Source: Callorhinchus milii
Taxonomy: Eukaryota
NCBI RefSeq assembly: GCF_018977255.1
Contig: NW_024704742.1
Coordinates: 118,112,001 to 118,172,000 of the forward strand
Direction: 5' to 3'
Length of the DNA stretch: 60,000 nucleotides
The notes beneath the pieces are model-generated. The model was given only the letters and a program-made list of their open reading frames with translations. It did not search any database and was not told where the DNA came from. Shown here piece by piece: positions 10,001 to 22,559 of this stretch. The first letter of the stretch is position 1. The number at the start of each line of letters is the position of its first letter. Position numbers and translations under genes: made by a program.

Positions 10001-13000
10001 GGCCGGTGATAGCTCGAGGCAGGGTTGTGGTGCTGGGGATCGGGACCGGTGTTAGCCAGAGACAGGGGCTGGCTGGTAGCTGTAGATTGGGCCGGGGTCT
10101 CGTGGACCCTAAGGTGGGGCAAGTGTCTGGAGGCCGAGGGTCTCGGGGATCGAGCGGTGGCCATTACCTGGTTAGGGGGAGCCGCCATTTTGGACTTTCA
10201 GGTTTTCCCGCCATTCTGTGTGACGTCACTTCCGCTCGCCAGGTTTGAATCCCTGGTAGCAGGTACAATACAGTATAGCTTACACCAGTGTCTCCCTCCC
10301 TCCTTCCCTCCCATCCTCTGACCATCTCCCTCCCCTGTGCTTCCCCTGCAGGCTGCTCATTGCTAACCACAATGAGTGCCCTCCCCCCTCTGCGTCACCT
10401 CTAGTCCCCACAGCCTCCTGCAGGCTGACAATGTCCCACTAATTCGCCGCCTCTCGTCCCAGCGTGTGCATCTTGGCTGCCACCCCCAACCCGAGCTGGC
10501 CCTCCCTCAAAATGCCCCCCTCCCTGCAACTCTCCCGCTCTGTCCTGCTCTCTCTCCGCCATTCCCGCCTCCTGACCCCCCCCCCACTGCCTCCCTCTGC
10601 TCCAGCCTGGGAATCCTCCACCGGGCTCATCGTGACACTCAGCGTTGGCTGTCAGCAGCAGCCATACCAACTGCCCCATTCCCCACTACCGCCACAAGCC
10701 ACCCCGGTCCCAGACCCCGGGGGCTAACCTCTCCTCCCTCATCTGCATCCCCACCCTCTCTGCCAACCAATCCACTACCCCTTCCCATTCCACACATCCC
10801 TCTGCCAACTGTCCACTCCGCATGGGCCTTCAAAACGTTCGCTCCATCTGCAATAAGGCCCTGGTCATCAATGAACTCATCCTCGATGAAAACGCTGACA
10901 TAATGGCCCTCACTGAAAGCTGGATCACCCCAGGCGACACCTTCCCCCTCACTGAGGCCACACCATCCGCCCATACCTACCACCATGCCCCATGCCCCAA
11001 CCGCTGTGACGGTGGTGCGACCCTCATCTCCAGGGCATCACTTGCCCTATCCCCCTACTCAGCTGGCTCATTCCCCTCCTTTGAACGCCCTCTGCCATCC
11101 CTCCCATCTCTCACTAAAAATTCTCCTAATTTACCTCCCCCCAAAACCCTCCCCAACTTAATCTCTGACATCTCCACCCTTCTAGCTTTCCTCTGCCTCT
11201 GCTCCAACCACCTCATCATCCTAGGCGACTTCAACCTCCACTTCACCCCCTCTTGTACCACCTCCTCAGACTTCTTCTCTGTACCTCTCCCTTCACATCC
11301 ACTCTGCTACCCACACCCACAGTCTCCGGCTCGACTTGGTGATCACCCAGGGCCTCAGTGTCTCGGATGTCAACATCACTGACAAGGCCATCTGTGACCA
11401 CCATTTCATCCAAACCTACCTCCATCTTCTACCGCCCATGGAAAAACATCTCCCCACAATCCCTCTCTGCTGCCCTGGAGCCCTCTGAACTCCTCCCTCT
11501 CTGGCCCACCACCTATCCTCTGTGTTTACTCTCCTCCACAGCACCCTCTCTACCACACTCAACGGCCTTGACCCCATCACCTACCGAACTGCCTCCTATT
11601 CCCGATCCTCACCCTGGTTCACCACTCGCTCAAGGGCCAGGTGCGGTCTGCCAAATGCACTTGGCTCAAATTCGGCCTAATGGTCCACCGGCACATCTGG
11701 CTGGACTACACCAAAACCTACCGCTCCGCTCTCGCCTCGGCGTCCAAATCATCCTTCTACTCCAGGTTAATCCTGGAGGCTAAGGGCAACCCCAGGTTCC
11801 TGTTCTCCACCACCAACTGGCTCCTCCGCCCTCCCCGCCTCGTAGATTCTTTCCTCCGACTCCCACTGCGAGGAATTGCTGGACTTCCTCGAGTCCAAAA
11901 TCGAGGGAATCTGCTCAGCTGCCACTGCCCTCCCAACTTCCATCCCACACTCCGACCGCTACCCATCCCTCGTTCCACACATTTGAACCTGTCACCCCCT
12001 CCTTTGTCATCACTACCATATCCTCCATGAAGCTCACCACCTGCTCCCTGGACCCCATCCCCACTCCTCTCCTTAAATCCCAGCTCCACCTCCTTGCCCC
12101 ACTACTCACTGACATCATCAACCTCTCCCTGTCATCTGGCACTGTTCCTACTCCCCTCAATACAGCCATTGTCACCCCCACCTTGAGGAAACCTTTCCTT
12201 GACCCATCACAGCTATCCAGCTACCGGCCGATCTCCCGCCTCCCTTTTCTGTCTAAGACCCTTGAGAGAGCCTTCACCTCTCAGCTTCGCTCTTTCCTCT
12301 CCTCCCATTTCCTCCATGAGCCCGGAAACTGCTCTGGTCAAGGTCACAAATGACATCCTGACCATATGTGACCAGGGCTCCCTCTGCCTCCTTGTCCTCA
12401 TCGACCTCTCCGCCGCCTTTGATACTGTGGACCACTCAATCCTCCTCCACCGCCTCTCCTCCCACCTCAACCTTCAAGGTTCTGTCCTTGACTGGTTCAG
12501 GTGCTGCTTTTCACACCGCCTCCACTTCGTCTCTGCAAACGGCTTCTCCTCTAACCCCCACACCGTCTTGTACGGCATTCCTCGGTTCCCTCATCTTCAC
12601 CCTCTACATGCTCCCCCTGGGTGACATCATCCGCAGACATGGAGTAAATTTCTACATGTATAAGGATGACAGCCAACTCTATCTCTGCCTCCACCCTCAA
12701 CTCCAGGACTACTGGCAACCTGACCGACTGCCTGTCCGACATCAAGTCCTGGACGAGGGCCAACTTTCTCTAACTCAACGTCAGCAAGACCGAGGCCCTC
12801 CTGATTGGCTCGCACCAGCGCCTCCGCATCTCGAGCGCTGGCAGCATCAGCCTTCACGGTTGCACACTCAACCTCACGAAGCCAGTCAGGAACCTGGGTG
12901 TCTTGTTTCACACTGAACTATCCTTTCTCCCCCAAATCCGCGCCATGACTGGCACTGCTTACCACCACCTCCGCAACATTGCCAGACTCCGCTACTGCCT

Positions 13001-13631
13001 CACCCCTCAGGCTGCCGAAACCCTCACCCATGCATTCGCCACATCAAGGCTCAATTATGAAAATCCCTCCTCATCGGCCTTCCCAACTCTTCCCTTCACA
13101 AGCTGCAGATCATCCAAACTTGGGCAGCTCGTATGCTCTCGCACACCAGGCTCTGTGACTCCATCACTCCCACCCTCACCCGACTCCACTGGCTCCCCAT
13201 CCCTCAGAGGATCGAATTCAAGATCCTCGGCCTCACTTTCAAGGCCATTCATGGCCTTGCCCCCTCCTACCTCTAAGACCTGCTGACTCCCTACCAACCT
13301 GCCCACTCCCTCCATTCAGCGGGCTCTGGCCTGCTCCATGTCTCCCGCCTGACCTTCGATGGCTGGGCTTTCAACCTCTCAGCCCCCACACTCTGGAACT
13401 CCATCCCACAGTCCCTTCACCTCGCTTCCTCCCTTGCCTCCTTCAAGGCCGGTCTCAAGACCCTCCTCTTCAACCGTGCCTTCAGTCGCTCTCCCACCTC
13501 TCTGCCTTCCCTCACCCCTACCCCACCCCTCCCCCATGCTAGGGTCCTGACCCCTGACTGTCCAGCGCCTTGGGATGTCCTCCTGACGTGAAAGGCGCTC
13601 TATAAATGTAATTTTGTTTTTGTTGTTATCT
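10001..13631 (+). mobile_element. L2-clade LINE, near-complete ORF2, pseudogenised by frameshifts and stops
   Basis: APE motifs LQNVRS, DIMALTESW, ILGDFNLH; RT motifs SYRPISRLPFLSK, LIDLSAAFDTVDH, YKDD (YADD position); 3' stem-loop and (TTG)n tail; possible 5-bp TSD GTCAG at 9996-10000 and 13632-13636. Confidence 0.93.
10161..10250 (-). promoter_or_regulatory. CpG-rich promoter-like motif cluster with ATG and 5' splice site
   Basis: YY1 GCCGCCATTTTG 10181-10192, E2F-like TTTTCCCGCC 10203-10212, CRE TGACGTCA 10221-10228 overlapping ETS ACTTCCG 10228-10234, CHR-like TTTGAAT 10244-10250; minus-strand CAG|GTAATG at 10168/10167. Confidence 0.6.
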
Positions 13632-14490
13632 GTCAGTTACAGATGTTCATTAGATCATTGGGCTTGTGCTGAATTTTTTAAAAATAACATTCCTCATGAA
13701 TGCAAGTGGAAAGTATACCCCACAGAGAAAAAGGAACCCAGCAAGACCAAAGTGACTGATAAGATCAAAAATAACATTTTAAAACATGCAAGTAAAGTAT
13801 AGCAAGGACAGAGTATAAATACATTAGCTGGCAATAACAAAAATCAGCATCAGGAAGAGGGCAATAGAGTGGAGTCCCATAATAATGCAATGTTTGGAAA
13901 CCATAAAATCCCCACCTAGGTTATAGAAAGGCACAATTGCAAGTTTGACTGCGCAGACGCAAAGGCAAACAACTCACTCCTGGAAAATTAGCCACCAACA
14001 TGACTTCCCATTTGCTGGGCCTTCCCAAAGCAGGAATGATGTTGGTAATCTGATGACTCAGAAGTCAGCTGATTTTTTTTAAAAAAACACGCAAGTTAAA
14101 ATGGCTAAATTCTGAGTTATTAGGCCGCCGCTGATTGAACCTGCTGTTTTGCTTGACACAAACAAAATAGGAAGCCTTATCAATGGCAACCTAATGATCC
14201 AGAAGTCAGACATTTTAATTCAAAAAGCCAGCCAGCGTTTTTGTTAAGCAAAAGCTTTTGCAAATGTACTCTTTCGTGAGATGGCATTTTCCACGTGTGC
14301 AAATTCACTGAATTTACACATTGGTTTTATGGCAATATGCTTTTGTAAAAGCCATTTTTGTATTCATGATTAGAAGCCATGGTGGTGAATGTTTTCCCTC
14401 GATGCTGGGTAACAATGGTCAAATATTCAGTCCCATCTCACATTCACATTTATTGATTTCAAATATAATAATGAGATTTTTACTCTGTAC

Positions 14491-14677
14491 CTTTAAATGG
14501 AGATTCGAGCACGGGTGCTGGCTTCTGAACGAGGAAAATTTTCTTGGCATACTTGCTTAAAGCTCCACTCTTCTCATTTGGAACTATCAGCTGCTTGATA
14601 AATCTTGTACGGTCTCTAATGTCATAGTTTTGATCATACTTGGCTACGTTTAATATGTACTGCGTAAGCAATTTTGT
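14491..14677 (-). CDS. AP3B1: AP3B1 exon (approx. 16), 187 nt, [26 protein letters not shown]...[10 protein letters not shown]
   Basis: cag| and |gtacag; YDIRDR motif at end of trunk. Confidence 0.97.
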
Positions 14678-16976
14678 CTGTTGGCAAAACAAAACAAGAA
14701 AATAATACATGTTATTTATGATTATTGATAACTCTGAATAAACATATTCAAAGCCTTAATAAAAATGAATGGTTATGGCCAACAAATGTGGCTCCAATGG
14801 GAATACACATTCTAAAAGCAGCAAATGAAATTTTAGCTAAGAAACATGCCCTCATCTGTTCTGAGTAGGTGAATGCTGAACGCTGAGAAGAAGCCAGGCA
14901 CTAGATTATTAAACTGCTGAAGTGGAAAGAAAGGCATCATTAAAAAATAATCATATATGGCAAAGCTGGTGAAGGGTCTACGTGAGGATAATGAATGTAG
15001 AAATACAACTAAAAACATAGCACTCAAGACTTAATTTAGAAAATATGCAGGACATCAACATATCAGATGGTATTAGGCTTGGCACAATTCTACCAAATAG
15101 GTACATCTTATAAACAATACTGCCCCAGGCATGTGTGGTGCCCAGAGGACTGATTGCACTTATAGGCTATTCATTGAATTATGAACCATTAGCTAAGCTA
15201 TATGAATCACTGAACTGTATTATTGCAAATTATTTGCAACGCATCTAGCCATTACTATCTCAGGATAACTAACTGCTGATGTCCTCTACGACCAAGATAA
15301 GTGGCTCCACGGTCTCTACTGTGTAATGAAAGCTAGAGGTTTAGGAAGCAAAACCTACTTGCAGATATTCTGATCTGACCTTTTCACCAAATAGTAACAC
15401 TTAAAAATAGGTTTCTCATTCAAACTTTGAATAGGATACATTTGCCAAATTATACTTTGACATTTCAATGACCATCAAAATAGTAGATTTTCATACGATG
15501 GAAGTATTATTTGTTGCAAAGTATTTCTAATTTATTTTGATGTTACATAGTACACAACAAACAATTGGAGATCAGGTAACTTAAGTGGAATGATTCACCA
15601 CGAGCATTTTATTTATGGTGATTGTCAAGTGTTAACACCAAAGGAAAAAATCAAACCAAAATATAAAAATACCACCCTTTAATCATTCTTAATGTTTCCT
15701 GATTCACTGAACTAATTCATTGTGCAAATTTGCAACTAAGCTAATACAGAGAATATTGTTAAAACAAGGATGCACACAGTATGTAAAATGAGGTTTCAAG
15801 CAGTTCTGACATTAAGTAATTAACGTACATAATTTGCTAACTTCTTTTCACACTTGGTACACAGAGGCAAAGGAATGTTAATATTGGGAAGTGGAACATT
15901 TTTCATTTCAGGCAGTCGGTGTCAAGATCATACAATCCCCAGTCAGTTATAGCACAATGAATGGTAAACTCTCAACTTTGCCTCCAAAAAAACACCAACA
16001 GCATCCCCTACTGCATCAATGAAATATTTCCCATCAACCAAACCAGCTATCTTTTGTGTCTTTATGATTGCCAACTCAATACCAAATTTGGAAGATGCAG
16101 TGTTGTGTGCTTGTATCCAGTTAGCAGTGGTTGGAGTTCCCAGCAAGAGTTTAGATAATCTATTAAAGAGAATTAAAGCAGAGCTACTGTAAGCGCTCTG
16201 TTCCAGCAAACAGTGTTGCAATACTTCCAGTGTATGAAAATCTACTACTTTGATGGTCATTGAAATGTCAAAGCATAATTTAAGCGCTCTGAGATGCTAC
16301 CCTGTGTGGAGGGCCCTATATAAGTGCAAGTTGTTTTGTTGTACTGTAAATAAGACATACAGCATCATGATTTTATTTCCTTGATGGCCATTGAAAGCAC
16401 TGAAAAGCTCAGAGAAATTGTGCTTCATTATAAAGAAGCAAGTCAGATTTCCAATGGTTTGCTGTAAGCTTCAACAAACAGTGTTAATTAAGGGCTTTGA
16501 GGTATCATCCTGACGTGAAAGGTACTGTACAAAAATGAACTTTATTGTATGGAATAACTTTGTTGAGAAAGTGATAATCATCCCTACTTTTGAAGTTCTA
16601 TGTTCAAAGGAGTGGATTTTGGACAATTTGATTATCTGGCAGAGATCCACAGGCAGAGTCAACATGCAAAGCTTCACTTTTGTTATACAGTGATTTATTT
16701 TACAGCCAATGCAGAACTCTGACCTCCAACCACTCTCCCTATCCCGAAATTTCTGTCTCATTGGTTTGGTGCCTTCCAACCTCCTCCACTATTGTAGGCC
16801 ATATCTCTTCTTCTCTAGCCCCCAGATATTCAATAATGTCCACGTGTAAATGTAATTACATTTTTTAAATGTTGAGTTTACAACAAAAGTGGTATTTTAA
16901 ATAAGAGCAAGTATCCAACAGAATGTTAATATTGTAACCCTGAAATAAATGTCAGACTTTTACATCAACTTCTCAC

Positions 16977-17153
16977 CTGCTTGGGATTTGTTAAGTAGAG
17001 TTTAGCTGCAAGGTTCAAAGTTTGCAGCTTCACAATCTCCTCTTCATTTGTGAAGGTTTTTGCCATTATCCGTAAAACATCTGGTGCAATCTTTGGAACC
17101 CGCTCACAGTATTCACCTATCAGCCAAAGGATACTAGCTCGAGCCATGGGTAC
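16977..17153 (-). CDS. AP3B1: AP3B1 exon (approx. 15), 177 nt, [28 protein letters not shown]...KLYLTNPKQ
   Basis: tag| and |gtgaga; WLIGEY motif. Confidence 0.97.
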
Positions 17154-18140
17154 CTACAGAAAGTACAGAGAGGAGAGGGGATAGAAACAAGTTTAGTTAT
17201 GTCATTAATAAAGGCAACTTCTATTCATTTTTATGGGTAAAATCTTCTATTCACACCACTGACTGCAAATAGCTGAATGTTTCTGCAATATGACACATCC
17301 AAATACTGTAGGTTCTAAACAGAAATTGTTTGTTTACAAGTGATCTAGTGAACTGCCCAATTTTAAAAAAGGTAAATTCCCTCTAAGTATGCAAGATCAC
17401 ATGTATGATTAGAAGAGAGCAACAAAAAAAAACATTTCTAAACTTGGGTATAATTTTGAACATATGTAGACAGAAATATTAAACAACACTTCCAACTTGC
17501 AGTTAGCAAGTAAGGTAAACATTTACAAAATGGATTTCCTCATAACTGTAGATTTTATAGGAACAATTGTACAGAACATTGAAAAACAGGAAAAATGAGG
17601 CTCTACCATTGTGTAAAACTGAGCCATAAGACCCAAAAGTCCCAGATTCAGTCATGGTCTGTGCTAAATTGCTAAACCAGAATCAGTATTACAATAAGGA
17701 TTCTACAATTGGTTGGTAGGTATAGAGGGGAAAATGAAACAAAAATAAATCAGTCAATAGTTCCCTCCCAGAAGATGTGTTTGCATGTGAACATTGGCTT
17801 GGTTGCGATTCCCTCTAGGTTGAATATTCTGACATGGTTTAGGTTAATGCATAAAGAATTGCTGATTGAGCAGTACCAAAGGGATGTCAATACTTCCAGA
17901 AACATATCCCGGTATGCGCCAAGACATTCAGGCCAGAAAAAGAAGATACATTAAAAAGGGGTCAGAACTAGACCTGAAATTCAACCAAGTGTTAGCCTGC
18001 AAGATCATCATGTCTTAAAATGCAAGATGTTGCCTTATGAAATGCTCTAATATTTAATCTTAATTTGAAAGCTGCTTTTCTGTAGTCCTCAAGAAATGAA
18101 AAGTTTGAATAGGTCAAGATGAATTTTGCACAATTTTATG

Positions 18141-18519
18141 CAACAACAACATTTCATTTATAGAGCGCCTTTCACGTCGGGAGGACGTCCCAAGGCGCTG
18201 GACAGTTGGGTCGGGACCCGAGCAGGGCGGAAATGGTCAGGGTGAGGGGAGGGAAGGGAGGGAGCGAGGAGGGGGTAGAGAGTCGAGAGGGGAGCTGAAG
18301 GCACGGTCGAAGAGAAAGGTCTTGAGACCGGCCTTGAAGGAGGAAAGAGAGGAAGCAAGGCGAAGGCACTGGGGGATGGAGTTCCAGAGCCTAGGGGCTG
18401 AGAGGCTGAAGGCCCGGCCACTGATGGTAGGGCGGTTGGGGCGGGGAATGTGGAGCAGACCGGAGCCAGAGGAACGGAGGGTACGGGCAGGTAAGTAGGG
18501 GGATAGTAGGTCAGAGAGA
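18141..18519 (-). mobile_element. young 5'-truncated L2 3' end
   Basis: (CAA)n tail and stem-loop; nearly identical to 49610-49985. Confidence 0.92.
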
Positions 18520-18672
18520 GCAATCGTAAATGTTACGATTAAATGGTTTTAGACAAGACAAGTGGGTAAGACAAGGTGGAAGTTTGGACCTATTAATCTG
18601 TAGTATTTGTTGGGAGTGACTGGAGACAGTCAAAACTACTGTTGATCAAATCAGCAGTTAAGTCATTAGCTG

Positions 18673-19792
18673 GGCCAATAGAAAAATGTGGACGCACTTG
18701 TTCCGCTGTAAACAACTTCCTACTTTAAATGAAGTTTCTGGCCCACAAGCCGCTCATTGGTTACTTGACGTTACTGTGGGCGGAGTGGCTCCGGACACAC
18801 ATGCTCGTTGCTGCACAAGCGGCAAATGGGCTTCACTTAGAGGCCCCGCTGTAGTGTTCATCTGTATGTCTCTCTCTGTGTTTGTGAGTGTCTGTGCTAT
18901 TCTCTCTATGTGTTTGTGAGTATCTCCATGTGAGTATCTGTGTCTGTGTCTCTCTCTCTCTGTTTGTGAGTATCTCTATGTGAGTGTCTATGTGTCTCTG
19001 TTTGTGAGTATCTCTATGTGAGTCTCTGTGTGTCTCTCGGTTTGTGAGTATCTCTATGTGAGTGTCTGTGTCTCTCTCTCTGTTTGTGAGTATCTCTATG
19101 TGAGTGTCTGTGTCTCTCTGTTTGTGAGTATCTCTATGTGAGTGTCTGTGTGTCTCTCTGTTTGTAAGTATCTCTATGCGAGTGTCTGTGTGTGTCTCTG
19201 TTTGTGAGTATCTCTGTGAGTGTCTCTCTCCATGTGTTTGTGTCTGTATGTGTGTTTGTGAGTGCATCTCTCTCCTGTGTGTGTGTGTGTTTGTGAGTGT
19301 GTCTGAGGGTCTCTTCTATATGTGTGTGTTTCTGAGTGTCTCTGTGTACGTGTGTCTCTCCTCTGTCTGTATATGTATATCGCTGTATCTATGAGTGTGT
19401 GTGTCTCTCTCTCTCACTGAGAATGTGCGTCTCTCTGTGTCTGTGTGTTGCCCTGTATCTGTGTGTGTATCTCTCTGTGACTGTGTGCAGTGCCGGCCCT
19501 GAGAGGCAGGAGGTGGTGAGCTCCTGTAGACTCGCTGGTGTCTACTCCCCCGCAAAAAAATAAAAGGGCCACCGAGTTTACCTTAAAGAAATATTTTTTT
19601 TTGCAGCAATCTAATATGTGTTATTTCCTCATGTTTAGTTTTTATCAATAAACTGAAAAAAATGTAGGTTGGCAGTAAAATATATCTCAATAGCACCAAC
19701 CAGCCTCCGTAACCGCCCCCTCCCCCCCCCTCACAAAATTTACAAATCATCCTGCAATTTCTGGTAAACATTTCCACACTTTTCTATTGGCT
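18673..19792. mobile_element. non-autonomous DNA transposon (PIF/Harbinger-like) carrying an internal minisatellite
   Basis: 20-bp TIRs GGCCAATAGAAAAATGTGGA / TCCACACTTTTCTATTGGCT (18/20); flanks CTG and CGG (possible 3-bp CWG TSD, one mismatch); superfamily assignment is inference. Confidence 0.7.
18860..19480. repeat. TG/TC-rich minisatellite, about 40-bp unit TGTTTGTGAGTATCTCTATGTGAGTGTCTGTGTCTCTC
   Basis: Directly visible tandem copies, degrading toward 19480. Confidence 0.92.
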
Positions 19793-19936
19793 CGGATCAT
19801 TAGAGATACAAAGCCCATTGATACTCAAGTGCAGTTAGTCACATAATAATAGGCTGATAGCAGCCAAAGTGTCAGCAACATTTTCTGGAAGACACATTGA
19901 TTGATCTTCCTGTGTTGCTGCTCAATTTGTACTCAC

Positions 19937-20046
19937 TGTAATACTATCCAGAAGCTTGGCCATATGTTTGATGATTTCACTGTGTTGTGCAGGTTGTGTC
20001 TGAAGAAGCTTCTTAATGACAACCACACTTTCTGCAACAACGGTTT
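19937..20046 (-). CDS. AP3B1: AP3B1 exon (approx. 14), 110 nt, (E)[36 protein letters not shown]
   Basis: cag| and |gtgagt. Confidence 0.97.
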
Positions 20047-22308
20047 CTGTTGAATAAAACACAGCCTTTGAGGTAAAACAAACAAACAATAACAGCTTGC
20101 ACAGCGCCCTCCACGCAGGGCAGCATCTCAGAGCGCTTTTCTGACCAAAGCTAAGCTTTTAAATAAAATTAGTGGCCATTTACGATCATAACAAGGTCTT
20201 TGAAGCATCTGTTGGTCCTAAATATTTCTTCTTGATCAACACAACAAAGCAACCGTCTGCAGACCTGGGTCTTATTAAGAACCATTCAAATCCTCTCCAT
20301 GACATTTCTGATCAATTACCCAAACCATTTATAGCACTACAAAAACCTTGCTGCATATACTGCTATTCATGGTATATGCTTTATTGTTTGAAGGTAGTGA
20401 AACGTAGAGAACTCTACATTCAACTGTTCAACAAGCCACATAATGTAAAACTCACACTATTATTAAATGTGGATTGTAATTTTCCCTCAGTTGAAAATAA
20501 CTACTGCAGTAAAAGTGCTGGAATTTCCATTGATTGTTAAGGTAGAAAAGCAACAATATCTCTTGACATCCTTGGTAAAATAATAGATAGTCACTGAAAA
20601 GGAACAACACTCATCAATAGCACATTATAAACCAAACCCATCAGATTTTCTAACTGACCTTGTTAGACTTAACAGACAACCACCAGGGATTTGTATGAAG
20701 CGTGAGAACAACTACAAAGTATTAGTGAATATCTAACAGTTTAATTAAGCTTCTGATTAATCCCCAGGACTTTCTTGTGTTTCAGTCCAAGGAGCAAATG
20801 ACAAAACCACCCCCAATTTAGTTATTTTGCGGCAGGACAGAATGATCTTAATTTTCTGCTCCATCAGACCTGGATTTAAAACAATACATATGTTATAAAT
20901 AATGATAATGTAATTTTGGAGGTTAAATATTTCATAAACCATTCATAGTCATTTAAAGAATGTTGCTAGTTATTTTTCTCCTCATTGCTTTCATACTCTC
21001 CTTAATCACACACAATACTTCAGTTAACTGGCAGGATTAAGGTTGAGGTTTTCTGTCACCAACAGAAATTTCAGCATTTTGAAGGCCAAAAGTTTCAATG
21101 GACATCTCCCTGAACAACAAAAAGGACTATCCCCTGAAGCGTGAGGTAAACCGAGTGAAGCATATACAGTCTGCAGTCACAGACAGCTTTTCCTGCTCAC
21201 AAAAGAGCATTTTCCATCTGAATACACAAACTTTCTGTTTGAATCGTTTGCCCAATCCTCTGACATGGTGGTGAATTTTTTCCTTCCATGAAAGAAGCCC
21301 TGCCTTCTTCAAACAGATGCAGGAATCATGCTTTGAGCCAGTGTTCATTCTTCAACAGTGGTGTCCCCACTACCCCACCGCCCCCCATCCTGGCTAACTG
21401 TTAAATTACACCAGTTCAGTGCTCTGAAATGTTACTCCACATGAAGGGCACTATATAAATGCAAGTGGCTGTTGTTGGGTAGAGACTGAGATGGTATTAA
21501 CTTAGTTCTGCTAATATCAGATGAATGAAGACATTTTCCTTTCGTTAATTAATCTTCACCACCATCAATAAAAGGGAACTGAAAAACCATACCGTTCACT
21601 AAATTTTAACTAGTAATGAAAAGTATCACCAATATTCAGTCAGAAATAAAATCAATTCTTAAAATGAGAATAAAGGATCAGAAAAAGACCTTTCAATCAA
21701 TTTAATCTCATCCAACCTCAATGCTAACTCCATCGTGCTTCCATTGGAACATCGAGCAATTCCAATATAATTGAGATGTATTTGGTGTCTCTCACGTCAG
21801 GAGGACATCCCAAAGCACTTAGCACTGCTGGTTGACATTTGAAGTGGGTATTGGAGCAAAAATCCATACTCCAAAACTAGGAGTAAAGGATCAGCAGGGC
21901 ATTGTCAACCATGGAAAATGGAAGAGACGATGGGAGATAGCACAGGGGAGGGGAATTAGAGAATCAGAATGCTGACATAACTTAAATCATTTATTTGTTA
22001 ACTTAGGCACAGGCTCAAATTAATAAAGGATAACTAAAATGGACCAACAAAAAATATCTAAGATCAGTCCAGTGCACTGGCCTCTACAGCTCTTCCTAAT
22101 AACTCGTTCAAGCTGTTGATTGTCCTCTTGTGTATAGAAATACTGGTATCCACCCTAAAATTCTGCTGCTTTGATGCATCTGAAAATATCATTCTGCATT
22201 TGCTTTCTCCATTCCATTAAGTAACTTAATCCACTGTCAAATTCTATTTATCATTAACTGTAAAAAAAAATGCAGGTAAGAGTGAAAAAAAGTTGCAGAA
22301 TGTTTTAC

Positions 22309-22441
22309 CATCTCGGTTTGACAGCAGATAGACTAAGCCATTAAGACATGTATCTGTAACTTCAGAAATATTGGTCGCACATCTTCCAATTGCCTGAATT
22401 GTTGCTGCAGCAAATTGTTTGTCTTGACTTTTCACATAGGT
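22309..22441 (-). CDS. AP3B1: AP3B1 exon (approx. 13), 133 nt, [44 protein letters not shown]
   Basis: cag| and |gtaaaa. Confidence 0.97.
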
Positions 22442-22559
22442 CTGGAGGGGAGAGGAACAAAAAAGAACGGTCTAGTTAATCTGATTCAATGTGTCAAGTG
22501 TCCCCCCCACCCCCAGATTATTCTGTTAAATTTTACTCTGTCGTGTTAGATACTCCATA

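Noticed and set aside
10376..13550. Many overlapping Pro-rich or Gly-rich ORFs as separate genes
   Set aside because: Frameshifted pieces and antisense shadows of the C-rich L2 ORF2.
18860..19480. CRISPR-like array
   Set aside because: Contiguous low-complexity tandem units without unique spacers, in a vertebrate intron.
18833..19563. Repetitive His/Thr/Arg and Cys/Val ORFs
   Set aside because: Translations of the minisatellite; no splice or homology support.
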